A stretch of 64,000 nucleotides of DNA from Candidatus Poribacteria bacterium (GTDB taxonomy: Bacteria; Poribacteria; WGA-4E; JAJDTR01), in contig CBDCTK010000002.1 of NCBI GenBank assembly GCA_965222225.1, positions 1,632,001-1,696,000 on the forward strand, read 5' to 3'. This document shows, one piece after another, positions 53,380 through 63,141 of this stretch. The notes beneath the pieces are model-generated. The model saw nothing but the letters and a program-made list of their open reading frames with translations, searched no databases and was not told the DNA's origin. The position numbers were made by a program, and so were the translations under genes. How positions within the stretch are numbered: the first letter of the stretch is position 1; every line of letters begins with the position of its first letter.

Positions 53380-54150
53380 TGTCTGTGATGTTGTTGCCCC
53401 CAAGCTCTAGAAATGTCAGGTTGGTTAATCCCGCCACCGCCGAGATATCCGAGATGTTGTTGCCCCCAAGATTCAGAAATGTCAGGTTGGTTAATCCCGC
53501 CACCACAGAAATGTCCGATATGTTGTTACCCCAAAGGTATAGAGATGCCAGGTTGGTTAATCCCGCCACCACAGAAATGTCCGATATGTTGTTGCCCCCA
53601 AGGTACAGAGATACCAGTTTGGTTAATCCCGCCACCACAGAAATGTCCGATATGTTGTTACCCCAAAGGTATAGAGATGCCAGGTTGGTTAATCCCGCCA
53701 CCACAGAAATGTCCGATATGTTGTTGTTATAAAGAGTTAGCGATGTCAGGTTGGTTAATCCCGCCACCACAGAAATGTCTGTGATGTTGTTACCCCCAAG
53801 TGATAGTGTTTTCAGTTTGGTTAATCCCGCCACCGCCGAGATATCCGAGATGTTGCTGCCCCCAAGACTCAGTTCTGTCAGATTTGTTAAACCGGACACA
53901 GGGGAGATATCCGTGATGGAGTTGGACTCAAGACCCAAAACTGTCAAATCGGTTAGGGCCGCCACTGCCGAGATATCCGAGATGTTGTTGCCCCCAAGGA
54001 ACAGATATGCCAGGTTGGTTAATCCCGCCACCACAGAAATGTCCGAGATGTTGTGGCCCCCAAGATTCAGAAATGTCAGGTTGGTTAATCCCGCCACCGC
54101 CGAGATATCCGAGATGTTGTTGCCCCCAAGATTCAGCACTTTCAGGTTGG
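53380..54150 (-). repeat. 66-bp tandem LRR-coding repeats
   Basis: ggttaatcccgccaccacagaaatgtccga recurs with a 66-nt period. Confidence 0.9.
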
Positions 54151-54399
54151 TTGCAAACTCAAGCCCTGTCAAATTACTAATGGACGCGTTGTATGCGACA
54201 AGCTTGTTCAGAGCCAGCATGTTTCTCCTCACAATGGGAGCACTTGGTGATTTATCGAAAGTGGTCGCAATTGCAGCACGGAGGTTGGAGTCGGGGATAT
54301 CGACAATCTCTGCTATAGCCTCAAGACGGACCTGCGTCAACTCAGACGTATCCCACAGTTCGACCGTGCCGTCAATCGTTCCGGCGGCGAGGGTTGCCC

Positions 54400-55170
54400 C
54401 GTCGGGCGAAAACGACACTGAATTCACCCCAGCCGTACGCTGGAGAGTGGCGAAACTTACTCCTGTCGTCACGTCCCATAGCTTGACCGTCCTATCCCCT
54501 GATCCGGAAGCCAGGGTTATGCCATCGGACGAAAACGACACTGAAATGACCCCAGCCGTATGTCCCGTAAGCGTGGCGATATTTTGTCGTGTCGTCACGT
54601 CCCATAGCTTGACCGTCCTATCCCCTGATCCGGAAGCCAGGGTTATGCCATCGGACGAAAACGACACTGAATTGACCGCAGCCGTATGCCCCTCAAGCGT
54701 GGCGATATTTTGTCGTGTCGTCACGTCCCATAGTTTGACCGTCCCATCTGCCGCCCCGTAGGCGATGGTTGTACCATCGGGCGAAAACGACACTGAATTG
54801 ACCGCAGCCGTATGCTGGAGAGTGGCGAAACTTACTCCTGTCGTCACGTCCCATAGTTTGACCGTGCCGTCCCCTAATCCGGACGCAAGCGTTGCCCCAT
54901 CGGGCGAAAACGACACTGAATTCACCCAATGCGTTTGCCCCTCAAATATAGCGGTATTTTGGCGTGTCGCCATGTCCCACAACTTGACTTCCTGCGATGT
55001 CCCCGCAGCAAGGGTTGTCCCATCGCGCGAAAACGACACTGAATTGGCCCCAGCCGTATGCGGAAGGGTGGCGATGTGGCGTGTCGCCATGTCCCACAAC
55101 TTGACTTCCTGCGATGTCCCCACAGCAAGGGTTGTCCCATCGGGCGAAAATGACACTGAATTCACCCGAT
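54400..55170 (-). repeat. ~123-126-bp tandem WD40-coding repeats
   Basis: gaaaacgacactgaa recurs; adjacent units nearly identical. Confidence 0.88.
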
Positions 55171-56425
55171 GTGCATGCCCCCCCTTAAGCGTGGCGATCG
55201 CGTTATAGTTTGGCAAAATTTCCAAGAGGGTAAAATGCTCACCGCTCCTATTCCCCTCCGTATCAATTGCCTCGACCCAAATCTCATGTGCAACATAATG
55301 GGGAAGAGACCTCAAGCCGTCCTCGGTAATAACACCCTCATAGTTGAATTCGACGAGGGCGTCTTTTTCGCCCGCCAATCCCTGACATGCCGCCAGTCCG
55401 CCACTAGAGAGCGCATCAAGACCGACTAGGAACACTTGGTGAAGCCCCTCTGAATCGCTGACTTTCAGTTGGACAGAAACGCTCTTTGACCACGCCGGAT
55501 ATGTAAGAGGCGAAATGATTTCAATGGTGGGCGACTGCCCCTCTTCGATTGGGATATCGGAATTGAAGTAGGGATGCACGGACAAAATTTCGGCAGCGCA
55601 GTCGGATAATCGACTCCATCCTAGTCCATACGACATGATGTACTCACCATTGCGGAAATCGTGACCCAACCCGAAGACATGCCCAAGTTCATGGGTCGCT
55701 AAATTCGCCGGTGAATCCCCTCCCTGCGAAACCCGTCGCGCCCCTAGAAACTCGCTCGACACTATTGTCAATGACAATCAAGTAAATGTTCACATCGAGA
55801 TTAAACGCTCGTTCAATCTGGTCCAACATAGGATCAGGGTTGTCAATGTAGTAACTATCGGGGTGTTCCCCATCCACCCGATGAACTATTGGCTCGCCTT
55901 GGGGATCGGTTTCCACACGGAAGGTTAGCTTTCCGTATCCGTGTACACCCATCTGCTCGGCAAAGAAGGCCTGAATGCTGAGAATCTCGTCTTTCATTCG
56001 TTGAACCACGTCTGCACGGTAGGGGCGGTCGTTGGGCAGAAAGTAGATCGTCCGCACCGTGCGTGGATCGCCGACATCCAAATTCGCCAAACTTCGCGCG
56101 TAACGGCGGTTGGGGGATTGGGTGGAGCGATGGCTGTCCGACTGCAAACCAGTAACCCCACAGATGTGTACCCCGATTTCTCCTAGTGGCGAGGAAGAGG
56201 CAACCGCGGGGTTCAATGTGGCACAAGTAAGATAGACCATTATCAAATACAAGGTGAAACCAAGAGTTTGTTTTTTCATCGATTCCCTCCGTTACGGTTA
56301 AGGAAAGTCGTTGCGCAATTAATGGCGCGTTTTGAAAATATGGGTGGCGAATCGTCCAACTACGTTTCAATAATCGGGAGCCGGATTTCCCTCGCCTCGT
56401 AAGAAGCAACGCCCTCAAAATAAAA

Positions 56426-57674
56426 GGGACTTAGTAGTTAACTGCTTTTTGGTCGATTTGCTTGCTTTTCTCTTCTTAATGTACAATCATTTTAGACAGT
56501 GTTCGGAATCTTGATTCACACTAAAATACATCTCTATAAGAGAGAAATGGAGGCATATCATGTTGACCAAGCGTTTGTACATGCTCGCGGGAGCATTGCG
56601 GGTTATCTGCGGGATTTTAATTTCCAACACTATGGGATTTTCAGCACACCATGATGTTGTCGTTGACAGAATATACCGATAGCCAAACAATTCATGTGGC
56701 TCAGGTGAAGCATTCATCAAAAAATCTTATGAAAATCTCATCATCTTTTCTGCGATTATATTTCCAGCAAGACTCCATGATATACAGTGGCAGCCACTTC
56801 TTGCTGTAGTGATGATGCGTTCCGTAGAATGACCTCTTGACACAAGCCCAAAACGACTCGATGGTGTTGGTGTGAGTTACGCCGTCCTCAGAAACATATC
56901 TCTCTTGGTGATGGATAACATGTCTTTCGATATCTTCGTCCAGACTATTGTAAGAGCGAAATTCATCAGTCATAAGAATAGACTCATCGGGTGAGACATT
57001 GCTAAGGATGAATTCTCTGATATTTTCACCAGATAGAACCTTCATGAATTTAGCAACCACCCGACCGCCTCTCTCGACTACGCCGATGACGGGAGATTTA
57101 TTTGTGCCTCTACCTCTCTTAGATTTTGCTCTGGGTTTGCCGCCGACATAGGTTTCGTCCGCTTCAACTATCCCTTTCAGCAATTCATCACTATCACTCA
57201 TTTTCTCACGGAGGCGCATTGCCATATACCAAGCGGACTTTTGATTCATGTCCAAGTCACGAGCAAGCTGACAACTCGATATGCTTTTCTTGGCATTGGA
57301 AAGAATTGAGATAGCCAAAAACCATTTCTGGAGAGGTATCTTGGTACCATGGAAGATGGTTCCTGCTGTAGCCGAAAAGCTAGATTCACAATCGTAGCAA
57401 TTCCAACCAGTAGTAATGTCGTTTTTGTTCTTGCGTCCAACTTTTTCACTGCCACAGTGGATACAGCAAACACCGTCCTTCCAACGTTTTTCCTCTATAA
57501 ATCTGAGACAAGATTCTTGATTTGGAAACTCTTTCATAAGATTCAAAATGTCCATAGCAAACTCCTACGAGAAGAATAGTCACTATGGACATCTACGTGT
57601 GACGAAAAGATTTACGACAGGGTACCAAGTTTTATGTTTGTCGTCAGTCTAAAAGCTACAAGCTACTAATTCCG
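56426..57674 (-). mobile_element. IS1595-family insertion sequence, copy 2
   Basis: Inverted copy of 3079-4327; 8-bp TSD aaataaaa at 56418-56425 and 57675-57682. Confidence 0.95.
56701..57555 (-). CDS. IS1595-family transposase
   Basis: Protein identical to 3198-4052. Confidence 0.95.
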   Translation of the reverse strand: MDILNLMKEFPNQESCLRFIEEKRWKDGVCCIHCGSEKVGRKNKNDITTGWNCYDCESSFSATAGTIFHGTKIPLQKWFLAISILSNAKKSISSCQLARDLDMNQKSAWYMAMRLREKMSDSDELLKGIVEADETYVGGKPRAKSKRGRGTNKSPVIGVVERGGRVVAKFMKVLSGENIREFILSNVSPDESILMTDEFRSYNSLDEDIERHVIHHQERYVSEDGVTHTNTIESFWACVKRSFYGTHHHYSKKWLPLYIMESCWKYNRRKDDEIFIRFFDECFT

Positions 57675-57700
57675 AAATAAAATACAATGGAATCAGGCTA

Positions 57701-58135
57701 TCACACAAGGCATTTTTTGTAAAGTGGCGCGAATGCCAAAACGGTTTGCCGGTTTTCGCCGGTCTCCTGACGCAAGAACTTGACTCGTAGCGGCATTCCG
57801 ACTTTTATCGTTTCCGGGCAAAGCGAATCAACGCCTTCAATCCGTGCGACAACACGCGCCCCTTCCACCAACTCGACGGCTCCCGAACAGTATGGATTGT
57901 TCCTGTCATGTCCCTCTTTAATCATCGCGGGCGTGCCGATCGAGATTGAGGTGAAAGCGACAAGCCTCCCCTCGCCCGCTGTCTCTGCCCATTCCATATC
58001 TGAACGGCGGCATTGCGGACATAGCGAACGCGGCGGCACATAAAGCATCCCGCAGACATTACACCTTGAGCCCATCAGTTTCCCTTCGTTGAGAAACTGT
58101 TCAAACCCGTAATCGTTAATTGGTTTTTCAGCCAC
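57701..58135 (-). CDS. Zn-ribbon/OB-fold (DUF35) protein
   Basis: GKLMGSRCNVCG...PPR..CPQC; PY..GAVELVEG; GTG start after AGGAG. Confidence 0.9.
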   Translation of the reverse strand: MAEKPINDYGFEQFLNEGKLMGSRCNVCGMLYVPPRSLCPQCRRSDMEWAETAGEGRLVAFTSISIGTPAMIKEGHDRNNPYCSGAVELVEGARVVARIEGVDSLCPETIKVGMPLRVKFLRQETGENRQTVLAFAPLYKKCLV

Positions 58136-58139
58136 GGGA

Positions 58140-59405
58140 CTATCTCCTTTCGAGAATGGTAAAGGTACAGGTGCCCCCGGTGCCGCCGAGATTGTGCGCC
58201 GCACCAATACGTAAATCCGGTTTCGGCACACGCCTTCTGCCCGCTTTGTTTCTCAACTGTTCCCACACCTCAATTAACTGCGCCGCACCCGTTGCGCCGA
58301 CCGGGTGACCTTTGCACTTCAACCCTCCCGAGGTATTGATCGGCATCGGACCATCCAATCTCGTCAAGCCCTCCTCCACCGCTTTGTGCCCTTCCCCCGG
58401 CTTGAAGAACCCGAGGTCTTCGATATGAAGAATTTCCGCAATCGAGAAGCAGTCGTGCACCTCGGCGAACTGAATATCTTCGGGCATTAGACCGGACATA
58501 TCGTAGGCCTCCTGGGCGGCATGTCTTGTGGCTTCAAAGTACGTCAGGTCATCCGCGGCATGAAGCGCTCTCCCACTCCCCTGCCCGAGTCCGACGACGT
58601 GCAACGGGGAATCCGTAAAGCGATTTGCAATTTCTTCGGCGACTAACAGTATGCAAGCAGCTCCGTCACTTATGGGACAACAGTCAAAGAGGTGCATGGG
58701 CCAAGCAATGGGAGGGTTCGCCCTCGCGTCTCGGAGGAAATCTTTTTCATCAATCCAATCAGGAACCGCTTTTCCCTGACTTTTTGCACGCTTAACCTTG
58801 GCGTCCATCATGTCTCGAATGGCGAGGTTGAATTGGGCTTTAGGGTTCAAGGGCGCATTGTCGTGGCTCTTGATCGTCACGCTCATTAGGTGTTCGCGGG
58901 ACGCGCCGTATTTCTCAAAATATGCGGTAGCTATGACAGCGAAAACGCCTGGAAAAGTCAGTCCCGCTTTGCGCTCGTACGGACTTGCCGCCAAAGCCAG
59001 TCCTTCGGCCACCTCTTCAGTTGATCGCTTCGACATATCTTCAACGCCGCCAACCAAGACTACATCGTAGAATCCTGATGCTATGGCAAAAACGCCTTCA
59101 CGGAAAGCAAGTGCGCTTGAAGCACAGGCGCCTTCGGTTCGCGTTGCCGGTTTGGGAACGAGTCCGAGAGAATCGGAAAGAATTGCCCCCCAATGAGATT
59201 GGTGGACGAAAAAATCGTTTGTGAAATTGCCCAAGTAAAGGGCATCAATATCCTTTGGATCCAGCCCTTTGTCCACGGATGTGTTCATTTCGACAAAGGC
59301 TTCGGCGAAAAGATCCTTTGAGTCTTTATCACTGAACATGTCGAATTTCGACATGCCGGCGCCGACCATTGCGACTCCCCTTCCCAACTTTCGTTTTTTA
59401 TACAT
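58140..59405 (-). CDS. SCP-x-type thiolase
   Basis: EGACASS, NPKAQ, PISDGAA, EVHDCF, SGGL..KGHPVGATG. Confidence 0.92.
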   Translation of the reverse strand: MYKKRKLGRGVAMVGAGMSKFDMFSDKDSKDLFAEAFVEMNTSVDKGLDPKDIDALYLGNFTNDFFVHQSHWGAILSDSLGLVPKPATRTEGACASSALAFREGVFAIASGFYDVVLVGGVEDMSKRSTEEVAEGLALAASPYERKAGLTFPGVFAVIATAYFEKYGASREHLMSVTIKSHDNAPLNPKAQFNLAIRDMMDAKVKRAKSQGKAVPDWIDEKDFLRDARANPPIAWPMHLFDCCPISDGAACILLVAEEIANRFTDSPLHVVGLGQGSGRALHAADDLTYFEATRHAAQEAYDMSGLMPEDIQFAEVHDCFSIAEILHIEDLGFFKPGEGHKAVEEGLTRLDGPMPINTSGGLKCKGHPVGATGAAQLIEVWEQLRNKAGRRRVPKPDLRIGAAHNLGGTGGTCTFTILERR

Positions 59406-59664
59406 GGAGAATCTCCTTTTGAATGGTTTTTTATTAAATCAGAATGACGGTATCATGAGGCGAGCTAATCAGGCAATTCGTGATAGGATCTTTATCGCAT
59501 TCGCTATTCGCTTATTTGATCGTGATGCGTGAAACGTAATTCTTGTGTTCTCAGTCCGCGTTCCTCCTACCTTTCCACCATTCTTCCTGCTTTTTTGGAT
59601 CGGCTATTGTCTGTGCGAATCTGTGTTCCCCTTGCCAATCGTCCAGTCTTCCAGCCTTCCAGTC

Positions 59665-61230
59665 TCATATTACTCTACTGGTTTTTCCTTTCCAATACTT
59701 CTCTCGCAATTCACGCTTAACTATTTTTCCATAGTTATTCTTCGGGAGTTCATCTATGAAATCGACCGAACGTGGCTTTTTGTAACGCGCAATATGTTCT
59801 GTGCAGAAATCGATTAATTCCGTTTCCGTGACTGTTCTCCCGGGCACGAGGGAGACGACAGCCTTAATTTCTTCACCCCACTGTGGGTCCGGGACACCAA
59901 TAACGGCGACTTCTCGAACGGCGGGGTGTTGCACGATTGTTTCCTCTATTTCACGAGGGTAGATGTTTTCGCCGCCGCTAATAATTAAGTCCTTTGACCG
60001 ATCCATGAGGAAGAGGTAGCCGCTCTCGTCCATGTAGCCCATATCACCGGTGTGCAGCCATCCGTCCCGTAGTATTTCAGCGGTTGTCTCAGGCTCACGC
60101 CAGTATCCCTTCATCACCAGATCCGATTGTGTCGCAATTTCCCCTGTCTTGCCCGGTGGGAGTTCGTTCTCATCCGAGTCAAAGATTTTGACTTCGACAT
60201 CGGTGCGTGGAATACCAGCGGATGCCAGCCGTTTCATCTGATCCGAATCTCCGTCAAGCACGTGGTCATCATGGGGAAGATAGGTGATGGTCATGGGCGA
60301 TTCCGCTTGACCATAAAGTTGGACGAGGCAGGGACCTAATTTTCTCATGGCATCAATTAGGTCCTCTACCAACATCGGTGCGCCACCGTAGTTCAAATAT
60401 TTCAACGAACTGTGGTCGTACCGGTCAATTGCGGGACTATCTATCAACCGCTTAATCATTGTCGGTGCGGCGAACATATTTGTCACACGGTGGTCTTGAA
60501 TTGTCCTTAATACTGTTTCCGGGTCAAAGGATTTGGACTCTAAAATAACGTTTGCTGCTCCCTTGGCGATATTGGGAAGAGCATAGCACCCACTCCCGTG
60601 AGACAATGGAGCGGCGTGGAGAGCAACGTCGCTAGAGCCAAATCCGGGAGCCATGTCCGCATAGAAGTTCATCGTCATGCCGAGAAGATTGCGATGTGTT
60701 AACATCGCACCCTTGGGGCTTCCTGTTGTTCCGGATGTATAGAAAATCCATGCCACGTCATCCGCGTCGACATCGGCATCATCGAACCGTTCGGATTCGG
60801 CCGCCAGTAGGGACTCGTAATCTAGCAGATTGTCACGCGCCCCGGACACTGTGACAATGGACTTGACACGGGGGAAAAGGTCGCCAGTCTTGATGATTTC
60901 CTCGTTGAATTCTGGCGACACAATCACCGCTTTGGCTTCGGAATGCTTGATGATAAAGGCATACTCTTTGGGATGCAGCCGAAAATTGATGGGTACCACT
61001 CCGCACCCGGCTTTGAAGCCAGCAAACATCGACTCAAGCATTTCAGGGCAATTATACATGAGCACCGCCACGTTATCGCCTTGCTGAATCCCGTGCCTGT
61101 AGAGTGCGTTTGTCAAACGGTTCGCTCGACTGTTGAAGTTCGCGTACGAAAGCTTCCTTTTACCGTAGGAAATAGCCAGGTTGTCGGGAAAAGTTCGGGC
61201 GGATTTTGTCAAGCATCGACCAATGTTCAT
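59665..61230 (-). CDS. Acyl-CoA synthetase (AMP-binding)
   Basis: YTSGTTGSPKG, YGQAE, WLHTGD, IISGGENIYP, LPKNNYGK. Confidence 0.93.
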   Translation of the reverse strand: MNIGRCLTKSARTFPDNLAISYGKRKLSYANFNSRANRLTNALYRHGIQQGDNVAVLMYNCPEMLESMFAGFKAGCGVVPINFRLHPKEYAFIIKHSEAKAVIVSPEFNEEIIKTGDLFPRVKSIVTVSGARDNLLDYESLLAAESERFDDADVDADDVAWIFYTSGTTGSPKGAMLTHRNLLGMTMNFYADMAPGFGSSDVALHAAPLSHGSGCYALPNIAKGAANVILESKSFDPETVLRTIQDHRVTNMFAAPTMIKRLIDSPAIDRYDHSSLKYLNYGGAPMLVEDLIDAMRKLGPCLVQLYGQAESPMTITYLPHDDHVLDGDSDQMKRLASAGIPRTDVEVKIFDSDENELPPGKTGEIATQSDLVMKGYWREPETTAEILRDGWLHTGDMGYMDESGYLFLMDRSKDLIISGGENIYPREIEETIVQHPAVREVAVIGVPDPQWGEEIKAVVSLVPGRTVTETELIDFCTEHIARYKKPRSVDFIDELPKNNYGKIVKRELREKYWKGKTSRVI

Positions 61231-61579
61231 GGAGAACCTCGTTACATAAATCAGAAGCCGGAATTAGGCCCTTCAATGGCTTATTTTATCATTTTCAAGG
61301 TTATAAAGGGAAAAATAATCCGTGAAACGTGATGGGAAGAAACCAGAGCAAGCAAGAGACATCGAACAATACAGACAACAAAGGCGTGAAAGGATTTAAA
61401 GACTTTGTGCTTGACATGAAATTTATATCAATGCTATTATTTAGTGGTTTCGGCTTCCTATTCACTCATATTCCATCTGACAAAAGCACCCCCATTTGGT
61501 GCCCGGTTAAGGTTTTCCCGCTTGTTCTGAAATTGACGCTAGCCCGCAGAATTACGCTCCGTTTTGAACTTTATCAATT

Positions 61580-62020
61580 ATGCCAATTATTCTAGGATTA
61601 GACGTTGGCGATGTACGGATTGGGGCGGCAATTAGTGATGAACTCGGGTTTGCGGCTCATCCGCTCTGCACAATCACACGGAAAAATCGTAAAACGGACT
61701 TGGCGGTGATATGTGACTTAATCAATACCCATCAGGTTGATGCGGTTGTCATTGGGCTTCCGTTGATGCTCAGTGGAGAAATTGGCATACAAGCAGAGAA
61801 AGTTCAGAAATTCGCGAACCGTCTGAAGCAAGAGGCGCGTATTCCAATTCATTTGAGGGATGAACGACTGACCACAGTTGAAGCGGATGATATTTTAAGG
61901 GAAGTTGGAAAACCGCGTAAGAAGCGGCGACATGTAATTGACCAAGTTGCTGCGGTGGTCATTCTTAATGAGTATTTGAACGATGTTCGTGAATTAAAAA
62001 GCGATAATCACCATCCTTAG
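61580..62020 (+). CDS. ruvX: YqgF/RuvX nuclease
   Basis: LGLDVGDVRIG.A.SD, VIGLP, DERLTT, IDQVAA. Confidence 0.93.
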   Translation: MPIILGLDVGDVRIGAAISDELGFAAHPLCTITRKNRKTDLAVICDLINTHQVDAVVIGLPLMLSGEIGIQAEKVQKFANRLKQEARIPIHLRDERLTTVEADDILREVGKPRKKRRHVIDQVAAVVILNEYLNDVRELKSDNHHP

Positions 62021-62075
62021 GATTGGGTTGTTTCTATTTGCTGCGTTCAAGGAAGCATCTCGCGACAGTAGGCAC

Positions 62076-63089
62076 ATGATACCCCACATTTCGCGTCTTA
62101 CGATTCTCGTATCTTGTTGCCTCGCGATTGTGGGCATTATCCTCGCTCTGATTTTAGCCCCCTATCTGACCTCGAAAGAGTTAGCTTTAGAGCCCAAGGA
62201 GATACGAATTGCTCCAGGCACGAGCACAAAATCAATCGCGAAGCAACTTGCGGATGAGAGTATCATTCGTAGTTCTCTACTATTTGAAGTGGTAGCTTAC
62301 TTTGAAGGCGCCAGCCGTTACTTGCAAGCGGGGACCTATGAGTTAAGCGCCGCGATGAGTCCTCGCGAGATTATTCATCAACTCAAAGCAGGGAAGGTCG
62401 TTCATCGGCATTTTGTGGTGCCGGAAGGGCTAACCGTGGCGCAAATCGCTCAACTCTTCGAGGACGAAGGATTTGGAACCGCAGAATCATTTAACCGTGC
62501 GGCTCGTGATTTACAGTGGCAAAAGCGGTACGGCATTGAAGTGAACAGCTTGGAAGGATATCTTTTCCCGAATACCTACAAATTGGTCGATGGAATCGCC
62601 GCCGCCAAAGTTATCAAGATGATGCTCGACGAGTTTAATCGACATTGGACTCGCGAACGAACCCAGGAAGCGGAGTCGATAAATTTTTCTCCACAAGAAA
62701 TCATTACCCTTGCCTCAATCATCGAAAAGGAAGCGAAGATTGACAGCGAGCGACCGTTAATCTCGGCTGTATTTCACAACCGATTGAAACGTGGCTGGAA
62801 ACTTGAGGCAGATCCGACAGTTCTATATGCGTTAGGTAATCCACCGCGCGCATTAACTACACGGGATCTCAAATTTGATTCGTCGTACAATACCTATGTT
62901 AATCGTGGCTTGCCGCCGGCACCTATCTGTAATCCGGGGTTGGCTTCAATAATCGCGGCATTAAGACCGGTTGAGAGTTCTCATCTCTATTTCGTGGCAA
63001 TCGGTGATGGAAAACATTATTTCTCCAATACTCTGGCAGAACATAACAGAGTAGTTCGCAGAATTAGACGGAATGCGAACCGAGGCTAA
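62076..63089 (+). CDS. mltG: Endolytic transglycosylase MltG
   Basis: LEGYLFPNTY, LASIIEKE, FHNRL, DPTV.Y, YNTY...GLPP.PICNPG. Confidence 0.95.
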   Translation: MIPHISRLTILVSCCLAIVGIILALILAPYLTSKELALEPKEIRIAPGTSTKSIAKQLADESIIRSSLLFEVVAYFEGASRYLQAGTYELSAAMSPREIIHQLKAGKVVHRHFVVPEGLTVAQIAQLFEDEGFGTAESFNRAARDLQWQKRYGIEVNSLEGYLFPNTYKLVDGIAAAKVIKMMLDEFNRHWTRERTQEAESINFSPQEIITLASIIEKEAKIDSERPLISAVFHNRLKRGWKLEADPTVLYALGNPPRALTTRDLKFDSSYNTYVNRGLPPAPICNPGLASIIAALRPVESSHLYFVAIGDGKHYFSNTLAEHNRVVRRIRRNANRG

Positions 63090-63141
63090 GGAAGGAAATT
63101 CAAGAATTTTGAAGCAGAATAGAACTAACTCTGGCGCGGAC

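Larger units (their letters stand above)
52317..56279 (-). pseudogene. Large secreted protein (metallopeptidase-WD40-LRR-Ig-dockerin-FlgD-like) split by two frameshifts (~55740, ~52938)
   Basis: Signal peptide; HELGHVFGLGH; ~6 WD40 repeats; ~12 22-aa LRRs; IVSGNDQQG Ig domain; DVNRDGVVNILDLV; NYPNPFNPETWIPY. Confidence 0.88.

Noticed and set aside
53379-55208. Long + strand repetitive ORFs (e.g. 53751-54761)
   Set aside because: Antisense shadows of the LRR/WD40 repeats
3079-57674. Inverted IS1595 pair as a 54-kb composite transposon or inverted segment
   Set aside because: Copy 2 has its own TSD on both sides, the outer flanks do not match, and the interval holds core genes (purL/purQ)
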